Positions 51,984 to 61,266 of a stretch of DNA of 64,000 nt are shown here, piece by piece. A program made the position numbers and the translations under genes. The notes below the pieces were generated by a model. That model had not been told where the DNA came from, made no database searches, and saw nothing but the letters and a program-made list of their open reading frames with translations. The stretch spans positions 93,524 to 157,523 of the forward strand of contig CAVSLI010000001.1 in assembly GCA_963728755.1 (NCBI GenBank), read 5' to 3'. The stretch comes from an uncultured Solirubrobacterales bacterium (GTDB taxonomy: Bacteria; Actinomycetota; Thermoleophilia; Solirubrobacterales; 70-9). The first letter of the stretch is position 1, and every line of letters starts with the position of its first letter.

Positions 51984-52576
51984 ACTCCTACACCGACCCC
52001 GGCCAGCACATCTTCTGGATCGCCAGCCGCGCGTTCGGGGTGGTGGCGCTGGTGCTCGTTGCGGTCTCGGTGGGCATGGGCCTCGCCATGGCGATGCGCG
52101 CCGCCAAGGGCCCGGGCGCGATGGCCAGGCTGAGGCAGGTCCACGAGGCGACGGCGCTGGCCGCACTGATCTTCATCGCCGCGCACGGCCTGGTGCTGCT
52201 CGGCGACACCTATCTGCGGCCGGGCCTCTCGGGGATCGCCATCCCGTTCGCCATGTCGCACAAGCCGCTCTGGACCGGCATCGGGGTACTCGGCGGATGG
52301 CTGGCGGCGCTGCTGGGCCTGACCTTCTACGTGCGCCGCTGGATCGGCCCCAAGCTCTGGCGGAAGATGCATCGCTGGACGCTGGCCGTCTACGCACTTG
52401 CCGTCGTTCACACGCTTGGTGCAGGGACTGACGCCCGCTCCTTCTGGCTGCTGGTCATCTTGATTGCGACCGTCGCGCCAGTCGCGGTGATGGCCGGGAT
52501 CCGGCTGTTGCCGAGTGACGAGCCGGCCAGAGGACGCCGGCGGCGCCGGATCCCGCTCCCATCGGAGCAGTTCTGA
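51980..52576 (+). CDS. Ferric-reductase-like transmembrane heme-b domain protein (MsrQ/YedZ-like)
   Basis: 198-aa ORF overlapping the apbE stop. About 6 TM with His pairs in helices (QVHEATALAALIFIAAHGL; MHRWTLAVYALAVVHTL). Confidence 0.75.
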   Translation: MNSYTDPGQHIFWIASRAFGVVALVLVAVSVGMGLAMAMRAAKGPGAMARLRQVHEATALAALIFIAAHGLVLLGDTYLRPGLSGIAIPFAMSHKPLWTGIGVLGGWLAALLGLTFYVRRWIGPKLWRKMHRWTLAVYALAVVHTLGAGTDARSFWLLVILIATVAPVAVMAGIRLLPSDEPARGRRRRRIPLPSEQF

Positions 52577-52897
52577 TGTCCGAGTACCGCAGATACCGCC
52601 GGCAGCCTCGCCAGTCCACTAAGGCCTTGACCGCGAAGATCGCGATGCTCGCCAGCGTCGCGACCCTGGCGATCGGTGGGTTGATCGCCGCGCAGATGGC
52701 CGCGGGCAGCGACCCGTCGCTCGGCCCGAAGGCCGCGAGTCGCGCGAACAAGAGCCTCGACCTCCAAATCCTCGAGCGGCTACTCCAGCGGCTATCCGTC
52801 AGGTTCAAGCGGCTACTCCTCGGATTCGGACGGCTACTCCTCAGGCTCGAGCGGCTACTCGTACTCTCCGCCCCCGGTGACCAGCAGCACTTCCTGA
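52576..52897 (+). pseudogene. Small single-pass membrane protein with Ser/Gly/Tyr-rich repeat tail; apparent frame break near 52750
   Basis: TGATG overlap with the preceding gene. MSEYRRYRRQPRQSTKALTAKIAMLASVATLAIGGLIAAQMAAGSDPSLGPKAAS (Arg-rich N-terminus + TM). Downstream, the +1 frame with high GC3 reads ...SSSGYSSGYPSGSSGYSSDSDGYSSGSSGYSYSPPPVTSSTS-stop (TGA 52895-52897). The ORF-track frame uses CTA Leu codons five times and is less plausible. Confidence 0.45.
52787..52870 (+). repeat. Imperfect 21-bp tandem repeat x4 (plus a 12-bp partial copy at 52775) built on AGCGGCTAC
   Basis: Core [AG][GA]CGGCTA[CT] at 52775, 52787, 52808, 52829, 52850; spacing 12, 21, 21, 21 nt. Encodes SGYPSGS / SGYSSDS / DGYSSGS / SGYSYSP. 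Confidence 0.7.
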
Positions 52898-52945
52898 GGA
52901 GAGTCACTGAACAAGAGGAAGCGATAAGAGGCATCGGGGTCGCAC

Positions 52946-55647
52946 CTATCTCCAGGTGCGCGGCCAGGGGCGGCGGGGCGGCGGAGGCTTCACCCTGATC
53001 CTGTAGTCGACCGCGACGGCCCCGCCCGGGCCCGCGATCACCGGGTTGAGGTCCATCTCGGCGATCTCGTGGTGCGCGTCGACCATCGCGCTCACCCTGA
53101 TCAGCAGGTCCTCCAGCTTGTCGATGTCGACGGGGGGTGCGCCCCGATAGCCGGTGAGAAGCGGGAAGTCCTCAGTGACCGCAGCATCCTGTTCACATCG
53201 CTGTGGGTGACCGGACAGATGCGAACGGAAACGTCATTCAGCAGCTCGGCCTGCGTGCCGCCGGCCCCGCACGCCAGCACCGGCCCGAAGGTGGGGTCCT
53301 CGACCACGCCGACCAGCAGCTCCGGACCGGGCTCGGCCATCGCCTGGACGATGAATGACTGGCGCTGCCCGCCGCGCGCGGCGACGGTCGAGTCCATCTC
53401 CTCGGCGGCGCGCCGGACCTCGTCCCCTCCGGAGAGCCCGGCTCGGACGGCGCCCATCTCGCTCTTGTGGAGAAGGCCGGGGCCCTGTGCCTTCAGCGCG
53501 ACTGAGCCGCCGAGCTCATCGGCGGCGCCGGCGACGGCGGAGGCGTCGCCGGCCAGTCGCCAGGCCGGGATCGGGATGCCGTAGGAGGCCAGCAGCCGGG
53601 AGGCGTCCTCTATCCGCATCCACTCGTCGCCGGCCTGGAGCGCCTCCGCGATCAGAGCGGCGGCCGACTCCGCATCGACGTCCTCGGGCTCAGGCTGCTC
53701 CTCCGCCGGCAGTCTCTTCCACTCGACGTGGCGCATGACGCGCCCGAGCGCCCGCGCCGCGTCCTCCGGGTAGCTGTGGATCGGGAGCGAGCTGACCTCG
53801 CGGATCGCGCCGTGGTCCTGGGGCGACATGAAGACCGCCTGGATCGGGATCCGCCGCATCAACCGTCCGCTGGCCTCCTCGATCGCTCCGGCAACGTCCA
53901 CCGCGCGGGTCAGCAGGGGCCTGATGAAGATCACGATCAGCGCGTCGATGCCGGCCCAGTCGGCCATCACGCGGATCGTCTCCCGGTAATGCTCGGGCGT
54001 CGCGGTGGCGATCATGTCGACCGGGTTGAGCAGTCCCGCCTCCTCGGGGAGGATCGCCCGCAGCGACTCTCGCACCTCCTCCGGCAGCTCCGGCACCTTC
54101 AGCCCGGCCGCCTCGCAGGCGTCGGCGCACATGATTCCCGGGCCCCCCGCGTTGGTGACTATCCCGACCCTGGGGCCCTCCGGCAGCGGCTGGCTCGAGA
54201 GCATTGAGCTGACGTCGAGCAGCTCGGAGAGCGTCTCGGTGCGGATCACCCCTGCCTGTTCGAAGAGGGCGTCGACCGTGACGTCGGAGGCGGCGAGGAG
54301 GGCGCCCGTGTGGGAGCTGGTCGCCCGCTGGCCCGCCGCCGAGCGGCCGCTCTTCACGACGACCACCGGTACCTCGCGCCCGACCCGCCGCGCCACCCGC
54401 GAGAAGCGGCGGGGATCGCTGAACGACTCGATGTAGAGGAGCGCGACCCGGGTCCTCTCGTCGCTCTCCCAGTACTCGAGGAAGTCGTTGGCGGTGATGT
54501 CCGCCCGGTTACCGATCGAGGCGAAGGAGGAGACGCCCAGCCCGCGGGTTCCGGCCAGGTCGATCAGGGCGAGGCCGAGGGCTCCGCTCTGGCTGACGAA
54601 GCCGACCTCGCCGGGAGGCGGCGCGGCCGGGGCGAAGGTGACGTTGAGATGGTGTCCGGGAGCCGTATTGACGAGGCCCAGGCAGTTCGGCCCGATCAGG
54701 CGCATGCCGGCCGCCCGGCAAACCTCGACCAGTTCGCGCTCGCGCTCGGCGCCCTCCGCTCCGGCTTCGGCGAACCCGGCGGAGATCACCACCAGGGCCC
54801 GCGCGCCCCGCTCGCCGCACTGCCGCGCCACGTCGACCACCGCGGCAGCGGGTACCGCGATCACGGCGAGCTCCACCTGCTCCGGGAGGTCGACGACGCT
54901 CCGGTAGGCGTGCACCGCCTGCACCACGTCGGCGCTCGGGTTGACGGGGTAGACGACGCCTTCGAAGCCGGACTCGAGCGCGTTGTGAAAGAGCTGTCCT
55001 CCAACCGTGTCGCGATCGCGGGAGGCCCCGATCACGGCGACCGCCCTGGGCTCGAGGAAGGAGCGGAGCGCCGCGACCGCCGCGAGCCGGTCTCGGTCCT
55101 CGAAGCGCTCCACCGCCGCGGTCGCGAAGGAGGTGGGGAAGTCGACGCGGATCGCGCCCGGGAGTGAGGAGATCTCGACCGGAAAGCCGCTCTCCCGGAA
55201 GACCTCGATCATCCGGTGGTTCTCGGGCATCACCTCGGCCCAGAAGACGGAGATGCCGCTCTCCGCAGCGACCTCAGCCAGGTGGGCGAGCAGCAACGTG
55301 CCGAGACCCATGCCCTGCACGCGATCGGTCACCGCGAAGGCGACCTCCGCCTCGCCCGATCCGTCGCCGATGTAGAGCCCCTGCCCGACGATGACGCCCT
55401 CCCGGGTTGCCACCAGGCCGTAACGCTGCGAATAGTCGACGTCCGCCATCGAGTGGGCCGCAGCACGCAGGTCCGTGCCCAACGAGAAGAACCTGAACAT
55501 GCGGGACTCGGGATCCAGCCCCTCCAAGAACCGATGGACCTCCTCCTCGTCCTCAGCCCGGACCGGACGCACGTGGACGGTGGAGCCGTCACGGAGCACC
55601 ACCTCGGCTTCGCGCTCGGCTGGATAGGCGGCTTCCGCTCGAGACAC
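52946..55647 (-). pseudogene. Pat-type bifunctional protein: N-terminal GNAT acetyltransferase + ADP-forming acyl-CoA synthetase-like (CoA-binding, ligase-CoA, ATP-grasp) domains; one frame break near 53170
   Basis: GTG at 55647 (VSRAEAAYPAEREAEVVLRDGSTVHVRPV). GNAT motif DRVQGMGLGTLLL, then PRAVAVIGASRD (CoA-binding), GFVSQSGALG, ATP-grasp. Track ORF 53101..56061 ends prematurely. After a 1-nt shift it continues FPLLTGYRGAPPVDIDKLEDLLIRVSAMVDAHHEIAEMDLNPVIAGPGGAVAVDYRIRVK...-stop (TAG complement 52946-52948). The 5' 130 codons of the track ORF are antisense to the USP gene. Confidence 0.82.
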
Positions 55648-55737
55648 TTCGATCAGGCTACGGGACGCCGGACAGCCGCCGGACCGGCTGCGCGACGCTG
55701 ATCCTGCCCGCCGCGGGTTCGCAAGTAGCCTTGGTGA

Positions 55738-56619
55738 ATGCGGCGGCAAGTGCTGATCGGCTATGACGGCTCTCCTCAGGGAGAGGATGCGCTCGAGCTC
55801 GGCCGCACGCTGAGTCAGGTCCTCGATGCGCAGCCGATCATCGGCACAGTCATCGCCCATCCCCGCCACGGCGTGGAGGAGAGCGAATTCAACGACGCGG
55901 TGGAGAAATTCTGCGAGCCGGTGTTCGCCACGGCCCGGAAGCGCCTGGACGGCCTCGAGGTGACGACGAGGTCGCTGGTCGACGACTCCCCGGCCGCCGG
56001 GATCTACGAGTTGACCGATTGGGAGAAGCCGACCGCGATCGTGATCGGCTCGACCCGGCATGGCAGGAGTGGCCGTGTGCAGGTCGGCACCCTCGGGGGC
56101 TCGCTGCTATCCGGGGTGCACAGCAGCGTCGCGGTCGCGCCTCGCGGCCACGCCGGCAGAGACTCGAGCCTCCGTCGGATCGGGGTCGCGGTCGATGGCT
56201 CCTCGGAGTCCTGGCGCGCCCTATCGGCGGCGGCCTATCTCGCACAGCGAGCGAACGCGCCACTGCAGGTGCTGAGCGTGATGGAGACGCCCCACTACGT
56301 CCTGGGTGGCTTGCTCTCGCCGCTTGGGCCCGAGGACTACCGCGAGTTCAAGGAGAAGGAGTGGGACCGGGTCCACGAGCAGGCGAGAAATCGCATTCCC
56401 GACGACGTCCCCATGGAGCCGCTGCTTCTCCACGGCGAGCCCGCCGAGGTCTTGGCAGAGGCGGCGAGTGAGCTCGATCTGCTCCTGATTGGATCCCGCG
56501 GATACGGCCCCGTCAAGGGCACCCTCCTCGGCAGCGTCTCCGCTCGCCTAATGGCGGCGGCGCCCTGCCCGGTGATGGTGACCACCCGTGGGGCGGGCTC
56601 TCACCCGCTCGAGCCGTAG
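55738..56619 (+). CDS. Universal stress protein with tandem UspA domains
   Basis: 293-aa ORF. Two Usp repeats, each ending in a G-x2-G-x9-G[ST]-like ATP motif (IGSTRHGRSGRVQVGTLGGS; IGSRGYGPVKGTLLGSVSARL). Confidence 0.85.
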   Translation: MRRQVLIGYDGSPQGEDALELGRTLSQVLDAQPIIGTVIAHPRHGVEESEFNDAVEKFCEPVFATARKRLDGLEVTTRSLVDDSPAAGIYELTDWEKPTAIVIGSTRHGRSGRVQVGTLGGSLLSGVHSSVAVAPRGHAGRDSSLRRIGVAVDGSSESWRALSAAAYLAQRANAPLQVLSVMETPHYVLGGLLSPLGPEDYREFKEKEWDRVHEQARNRIPDDVPMEPLLLHGEPAEVLAEAASELDLLLIGSRGYGPVKGTLLGSVSARLMAAAPCPVMVTTRGAGSHPLEP

Positions 56620-56628
56620 GGACCCTCC

Positions 56629-58282
56629 TCAGATCTTCTCTGGGACCATCTCGATCGCCCCGCAGGGGCACTCGGCGACGCAGAGGCCGCAGCCCTTGCA
56701 GAAGTCGAGGTCGATCTCGTAGCCGTTGAGATTCGCGTCTGCCGCGTCGGCGAGCTTGAGCACCGCGTTGTCGGGGCAGACGCCGAAGCAGTTGTCGCAG
56801 GAGAAGCAGTTGCCGCAGGACATGCAGCGGCGCGCCTCGTAGAGCGCGTTGGAGTCGTCGAGTCCCTTGACGACCTCCTCGAAGGTCCCGCGCCGCCGCT
56901 CGATCTCGAGCTTCGGCTGCATCGGCTCGCGGCGCATCGGCGTAGTACCAGGTGTTGAGCTTGTCGAAGGTGGCGAGCTCGGGCTGGGGCGGATGGCTGG
57001 TATGGCTCGCCGCGGAGCCAGCCGTCGATGTTGCGGGCCGCGTGCTTGCCGTGGCCGATGCCAACCGTGACGGTGCGCTCGGCCGGGACCATGTCGCCGC
57101 CGGCGAAGATCCCCGCGTGGCCGGTCATCATGTTCGGCGCCGACCTGGACGACGCCGTCCTCGACCTCGATGCCCTCGACACCCTCGAGCAGCGAGAGGT
57201 CGGCCTCCTGGCCCAGGGCGAGGATGACCGAGTCGGCCTCCAGCTCCTCGATCTCGCCGGTCGGCTGCGGGAACCCGGCCTCGTCGAGCTCCATCTTCTC
57301 GATCATCACCTTGCCGCCGTCGACCTGCTTGATGGTCTCCAGCCAGCGCATCATCACGCCCTCCTCCTCGGCCTCCTCGACCTCGAAGTCGTGGCGGGCA
57401 TCCGCTCGCGCGTGCGGCGATAGACGACGACGGCGTCGGTGGCGCCGAGGCGCTTGGCGGTGCGGGCCACGTCCATCGCGGTGTTGCCGCCGCCGACCAC
57501 GACCACGCGGCGGCCGAGCATCGGCTTCTCCTCGCCCTCCATCGACTCCAAGCACCGAGACGGCGTCGAGGATGTGCGCGGCCTCGCCGGCGGGACGTAG
57601 GCGCGCTTGCCGATGTGGGCGCCGACGGCGAGGAAGGCCGCGTCGAAGCCGCCCTCGCGCATCGACTCCTCGACGTTGGTCACCTTGCGGTTCAGCTCGA
57701 GCTCGACGCCCAAGTCGAGGATCCGCTGCGCCTCGGCGTCGAGCACGTCGCGGGGCAGCCGGTAGTTGGGGATCCCGAAGCGCATCATCCCGCCGGCCAT
57801 CGGACCCGCCTCGTGGATCGTCACCTCGTGGCCGCAGCGGCGTCAGGTGGTAGGCGGCGGACAGGCCGGAGGGACCGGCGCCGACGATCAGGACCCGCTT
57901 GCCGGATGACTCCCGCCGGCGGCTCGAAGCTTCCAGCCCTGCTTGATCGCCTCGTCGCCGAGGAAGCGCTCGACCGAGTTGATCCCGACGGACTCGTCGA
58001 GCTGGGCGCGGTTGCAGCGGTCTCGCAGGGGTGGTAACAGACGCGGCCCATGATCGCCGGGAACGGGTTGTCCTCGACCAGCTTGCGCCAGGCGCGCTCG
58101 TAACCCTCGCCGCCCTCCTCGGCCTCATACAGCCAGGCCTGGATGTTCTCGCCGGCCGGGCAGGCGTGGTTGCACGGCGGCAGCCGGTCGACGTACTGGG
58201 CGCGCTCGGTGCGCCAGCTGCCGGTCTTGTTGGCGAGGCTGGAACCGACGTCGAGCGTGATCGCGAAGGGCTTCTCCATCAT
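56629..58282 (-). pseudogene. GltD/SudA-like NAD(P)H flavoprotein flanked by PorD-type N-terminal motif and C-terminal 2x[4Fe-4S] ferredoxin domain; at least 7 frame breaks
   Basis: MMEKPFAITLDVGSSLANKTGSWRTERAQYVDRLPPCNHACPAGENIQAWL...RVCYHPCE (track ORF 57821..58282). VLIVGAGPSGLSAAYHL, HEAGPMAGGMMRFGIPNYRLP, RRVVVVGGGNTAMDVARTAKRLGA, IFAGGDMVPAERTVTVGIGHGKHAARNID, then RRCMSCGNCFSCDNCFGVCPDNAV...DFCKGCGLCVAECPCGAIEMVPEKI-stop. These pieces are spread over all three frames. Confidence 0.75.
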
Positions 58283-59412
58283 TGCGGCCCGTGCGGGCTG
58301 GAGGCGAGCAGCCGCATCAGGTTCGTCTCCTGCTCGTCGGTCCGCTGGGGGTCGGCCGTGCCGGGCGTCTCGCCCGCGATGTCGGCGGCCGGGCCGGGCA
58401 GGTCCGCCGCCCTCGTCGGCCTCGGCGAGCAGCCCGAAGTTGCGGATGTTGCGGTCGGCGCGCGCCTGGATCCTCTGCGATCACCTCGGTCCGCGGCGGA
58501 TCGCCGAACAGGTGCGCGTAGCGCTTCTGGAGCTTCAGGTACTCCTCGACCGGGACCGGGCGGCGGATCTTGGAGACGCGAGGTCACCTCGCCGTCCTCG
58601 GCCTCGAAGACGGGGAAGATGCCCGGTCTCCTTGACCAGCGGGCGACCCGGATCGTGTCGCGCGAGGCCGATCCCCAGCCGAGCGGGCAGGGGACGAAGA
58701 CGTGGATGTAGCGGGCGCCGCGCATCTGCATCGCGCGCTCGACCTTGGCCTCGAGGTCGCGCAGCTCGGCGACGGTGGCGGTCGCGACGTAGGGGATCTC
58801 GTGGGCCATCGCGATCAGCGGCGCGTTCTTGCCCTTGCCGAAGACGTTGCCGGGCTGCCCGCCGAGCGGCTTGGTGTTCGCGGTGCGGGCGGCCGGCGGC
58901 GTCGCGCCCGAGCGCTGCACGCCCGTGTTCATGTAGGCCTCGTTGTCGTAGCAGACGAAGAGCACGTCGTCGTTTCGCTCGAACATCCCGGAGAGGCAGG
59001 CGAAGCCGATGTCGAGCGTGCCGCCGTCGCCGCCCTGGCCGATCACCCGGACGTCCTCGCGGCCCTTGGCCTTGAGCGCCGCGGCGACGCCGGTGGCGAC
59101 CGCCGGCGCGTTGCCGAACAGCGAGTGGATCCAGGGAAGCTGCCACGAGGACTCCGGGTAGGGGGTCGAGAAGACCTCGAGGCAGCCGGTGGCGTTGGTC
59201 GCGATCAGCTCGCCCTCGGTGGCGCGCATCGCGGCGTCGAGCACGTAGCGGGCGCCGAGCGCCTCGCCGCAGCCCTGGCAGGCGCGATGCCCCGAGGTGA
59301 GCGTGTTGGAGCGCTCCATCCGCGCCTGCACCGAGCGCTGCTCGGGGTCGAGCAGGCGGTTGCCGGCGACGAAGGTCCCGGCCTGGTAGAGCTTGATCTC
59401 CTGGTAGGCCAT
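58279..59412 (-). pseudogene. 2-oxoacid:ferredoxin oxidoreductase beta (TPP-binding) subunit; about 3 frame breaks in the 3' third
   Basis: MAYQEIKLY...SGHRACQGCGEALG...GQGGDGGTLDIGFACLSG...CYDNEAYMNTGVQRSG...IHVFVPCPLGWG intact in track ORF 58279..59412. The conserved tail (LVKETGIFPVFEAEDGEVTSVSKIRRPVPVEEYLKLQKRYAHLF) needs frame changes. The stop overlaps the next start (CAATGATGG). Confidence 0.82.
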
Positions 59413-59423
59413 CTCGTTCCTCC

Positions 59424-60680
59424 TCAGTGCGGCTCGGCGGCGACGACGCCGATGTCGCTGAGGATGTTCTGCTCATGGGGGCCGGACGGCCCGCTCTCGT
59501 GGACTCGCTGCCAGCTCGCGCTCGACCAGTCGGTCTTCAGGTCGAGGAAGTTGAGCGGCTTCGAGCTCGTCGCGGATCGCCCGCTCGAACAGGCGACGCA
59601 GCGACTCCCGGGTGATCGAGCGGCCGCCGAGGCCGGCGATCACCGTGTAGCCGTGGAGCTGGATGCCCGAGAGCGCCGTCGCGGACATTCGCGCGAGACG
59701 ACCCCGCCGATCCCGACCGCGAGGGCCTTCTCCAGCACGACGACCCGCTTCGGCGCCGGCGAGCGCCTCGCGCACCTCGTCCAGCGGGAAGGGGCGGAAC
59801 GACTTGAGGCCAAGGCGCCGATCGGGATCGCCCTCGTCGCGCATCTCGTCGACGACGTCCTCGATCGTCCCGAGCACCGAGCCGAGCGCGACGACGATCG
59901 TCTCGGCGTCCTCGGTCCGGTAGGGCCGCAGGAGCCCGCCGGAGGGGCGGCCGAAGGCGTTCGCGAAGTCGCTGGCGACCTCGGGGATCAGGTCGAGCGC
60001 CTGCATCTGCTTGGCGTGAGCGAGGTATTGACCTCGAAGAAGGCCTCGGGGCCGACCATCGCGCCGATCGTCACCGGCGTCGGCCGGGTCGAGCACCTGG
60101 CGCGGCTCGAACGGCGGCAGGAAGGCGTCAACCGTCTCCTGGTCGGGGATGTCCACCTCCTCGTAGGCGTGGGTGAGGATGAAGCCGTCCATGCAGACCA
60201 TCACCGGCAGCGAGACCTCCTCGGCGATCCGGAACGCCTGGATGTGCATGTCCAGCGCCTCCTGGTTGGTCTCGGCGTAGAGCTGGATCCAGCCCGAGTC
60301 GCGCTGCGACATCGAGTCCGAGTGGTCGTTCCAGATGTTGATCGGGGCGCCGATCGCGCGGTTGGCGACCGTCATCACGATCGGCAGGCCGAGGCCGGAG
60401 GCGTTGTAGAGCGCCTCGACCATGTAGAGCAGTCCCTGGCTCGCGGTCGCCGTGTAGGTGCGCGCGCCGGCCGCCGAGGCGCCGATCGCGGCCGACATCG
60501 CCGCGAACTCGGACTCGACCATCAGGTACTCGCAGGGGTCAGGTCGCCGGTTCGGACCAGGTCGGAGAGGTGCTCGACGATGTGGGTCTGGGGGGAGATC
60601 GGGTAGGCGCTGATCACCTCGGGCCGGCAGAGCGCGACCGCCTCGGCGACGGCCCGGGAGCCCTCCTCCTGCCTACGCAC
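59424..60680 (-). pseudogene. 2-oxoacid:ferredoxin oxidoreductase alpha subunit; about 4 frame breaks
   Basis: [32 protein letters not shown] (frame of track ORF 60522..60896). MVESEFAAMSAAIGASAAGARTYTATASQGLLYMVEALYNASGLGLPIVM... (ORF 59473..60522). The C-terminus PLNFLDLKTDW...DIGVVAAEPH-stop (TGA complement 59424-59426) is followed by GGAGGA and the beta-subunit ATG. Confidence 0.82.
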
Positions 60681-61258
60681 GCGCCGGCTCCTCCGTCTCG
60701 CGCTCGACGTACTCGTAGCGCCTTCCGCGCGGCGAGCACGTTGCTCTCGGCGACCGGCCCTTGAACTTCTCGCTGATCGCCTTCGCGACCGCGTCGATCG
60801 AGACGGCCCCGGTGAGGGAGGAGAAGCCCGCCGAGCAGGACCGTGTTCGGGAAGCGGCCGCCCGAGGTGCTCGCGGGCGATCTCGGTGGCCGGCACGGTC
60901 AGCAGCGCGGCTCGGGGCGAAAGCGGCCCGCGAACTCACCCAGGCCGAGCTCGTCGAAGCTGCGGGAGCTGTTGAGCAGGACGTAGCCGTCATCCCCGAG
61001 GCCCGCGAAGAGGTCCACCTGGTGGAGCAGGGTCGGGTCCTGGACGATCAGCGCGTCGGGCTCGGAGATCGGCTCGCGCACCCGGATCGGCGAGTCGTCG
61101 ATCCGGCAGAAGGAGATCACCGGCGCGCCGGTGCGCTCGGAGCCGAAGGTCGGGAACGCCTGGGCGTGCTTGCCCTCCTCGAAGGCGGCGATCGAGAGCA
61201 TCTCGGCGGCGGTGACGACCCCCTGGCCGCCCCGTCCGTGGATGCGGACCTGGAACAT
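60673..61258 (-). pseudogene. 2-oxoacid:ferredoxin oxidoreductase gamma subunit; 2-3 frame breaks
   Basis: MFQVRIHGRGGQGVVTAAEMLSIAAFEEGKHAQAFPTFGSERTGAPVISFCRIDD (track ORF 60899..61258), then ...[47 protein letters not shown]...YEYVERE in other frames. Confidence 0.8.
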
Positions 61259-61266
61259 CGCTCAGC

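Noticed and set aside
52775-52870. Short tandem repeats considered as a CRISPR-like or regulatory repeat array
   Set aside because: The period is 21 bp with no unique spacers, the array lies inside a coding region, and it translates in phase to a Ser/Gly/Tyr heptad repeat. It is a coding low-complexity repeat, not a CRISPR array.
55648-56061. About 130-codon N-terminal extension of the Pat-type ORF (track ORF 53101..56061)
   Set aside because: The extension is antisense to the well supported USP gene (55738..56619) and lacks any GNAT or other motif. A GTG at 55647 gives a sensible N-terminus directly before the GNAT domain.
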